Source: Haliotis cracherodii (Eukaryota). From it: DNA of 64,000 nt. The stretch lies in the NCBI RefSeq assembly GCF_022045235.1, contig NW_027266275.1, forward strand, positions 67,642,001 to 67,706,000. Reading direction: 5' to 3'. Below the pieces are notes generated by a model, which searched no databases, was not told the origin of the DNA, and saw only the letters and a list, made by a program, of their open reading frames with translations. Of the stretch, positions 63,721-64,000 are shown one piece after another. Position 1 is the first letter of the stretch. Every line of letters starts with the position of its first letter. The position numbers were made by a program, and so were the translations under genes.

Positions 63721-64000
63721 GATAAATAGCTTTTTCATTATGGCTGTAGCGGCTTGATGTATGAGAGGAATACTGATGTGGTGCGTTAAGCAACAAACAA
63801 AGACTCCTTTTTAATTCTGTACACAACTATCCTACACAAAAAAACTTCATTCCTTGATCCATGGGACATTTGTCACTAACGTTGTGAAGATAGATATACT
63901 TTGTAGTTACATATCTATCTTCAAAGGTTCATAACAATGTGTCACAAATGAAAGCAAATGACATCGGTATTTACTGAATATTTATGTGTGAAATGCTTGT

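Noticed and set aside
1-64000. A single integrated large DNA virus or Polinton as source of the decayed ORFs
   Set aside because: I saw no DNA polymerase, capsid or integrase motifs; the recognisable motifs are RdRp-complex and NP, in mixed orientation and multiple divergent copies

Overview
This is AT-rich, repeat-laden animal genomic DNA. The SINE families look molluscan, and abalone (Haliotis) is my best guess. I found no supportable host gene. The recognisable repeats are tRNA- and Nin-type SINEs, decayed Tc1 transposons, Penelope-like retroelement (PLE) fragments and tandem arrays. Between them, most of the apparently unique DNA translates, across stops and frameshifts, into fossil fragments of negative-strand RNA virus genes. 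These include about 6 PB1-like, 8-9 PA-like, 5 PB2-like and 5 NP-like pieces of orthomyxo-like viruses (Articulavirales), 4-5 bunyavirus-like L pieces and one Mononegavirales-like L. The window therefore looks like a dense, multi-virus archive of non-retroviral endogenous viral elements, and is a candidate piRNA/siRNA antiviral-memory locus. A ~34 kb inverted duplication is superimposed on it (arms ~9250-26205 and ~27746-42950, ~1.5 kb spacer), with patchy arm identity that includes a ~99% tract. All viral calls are by-eye motif alignments to remembered influenza/Thogoto/bunya/mononega proteins and need frameshift-aware HMM or tBLASTn confirmation. Fragment boundaries are approximate.
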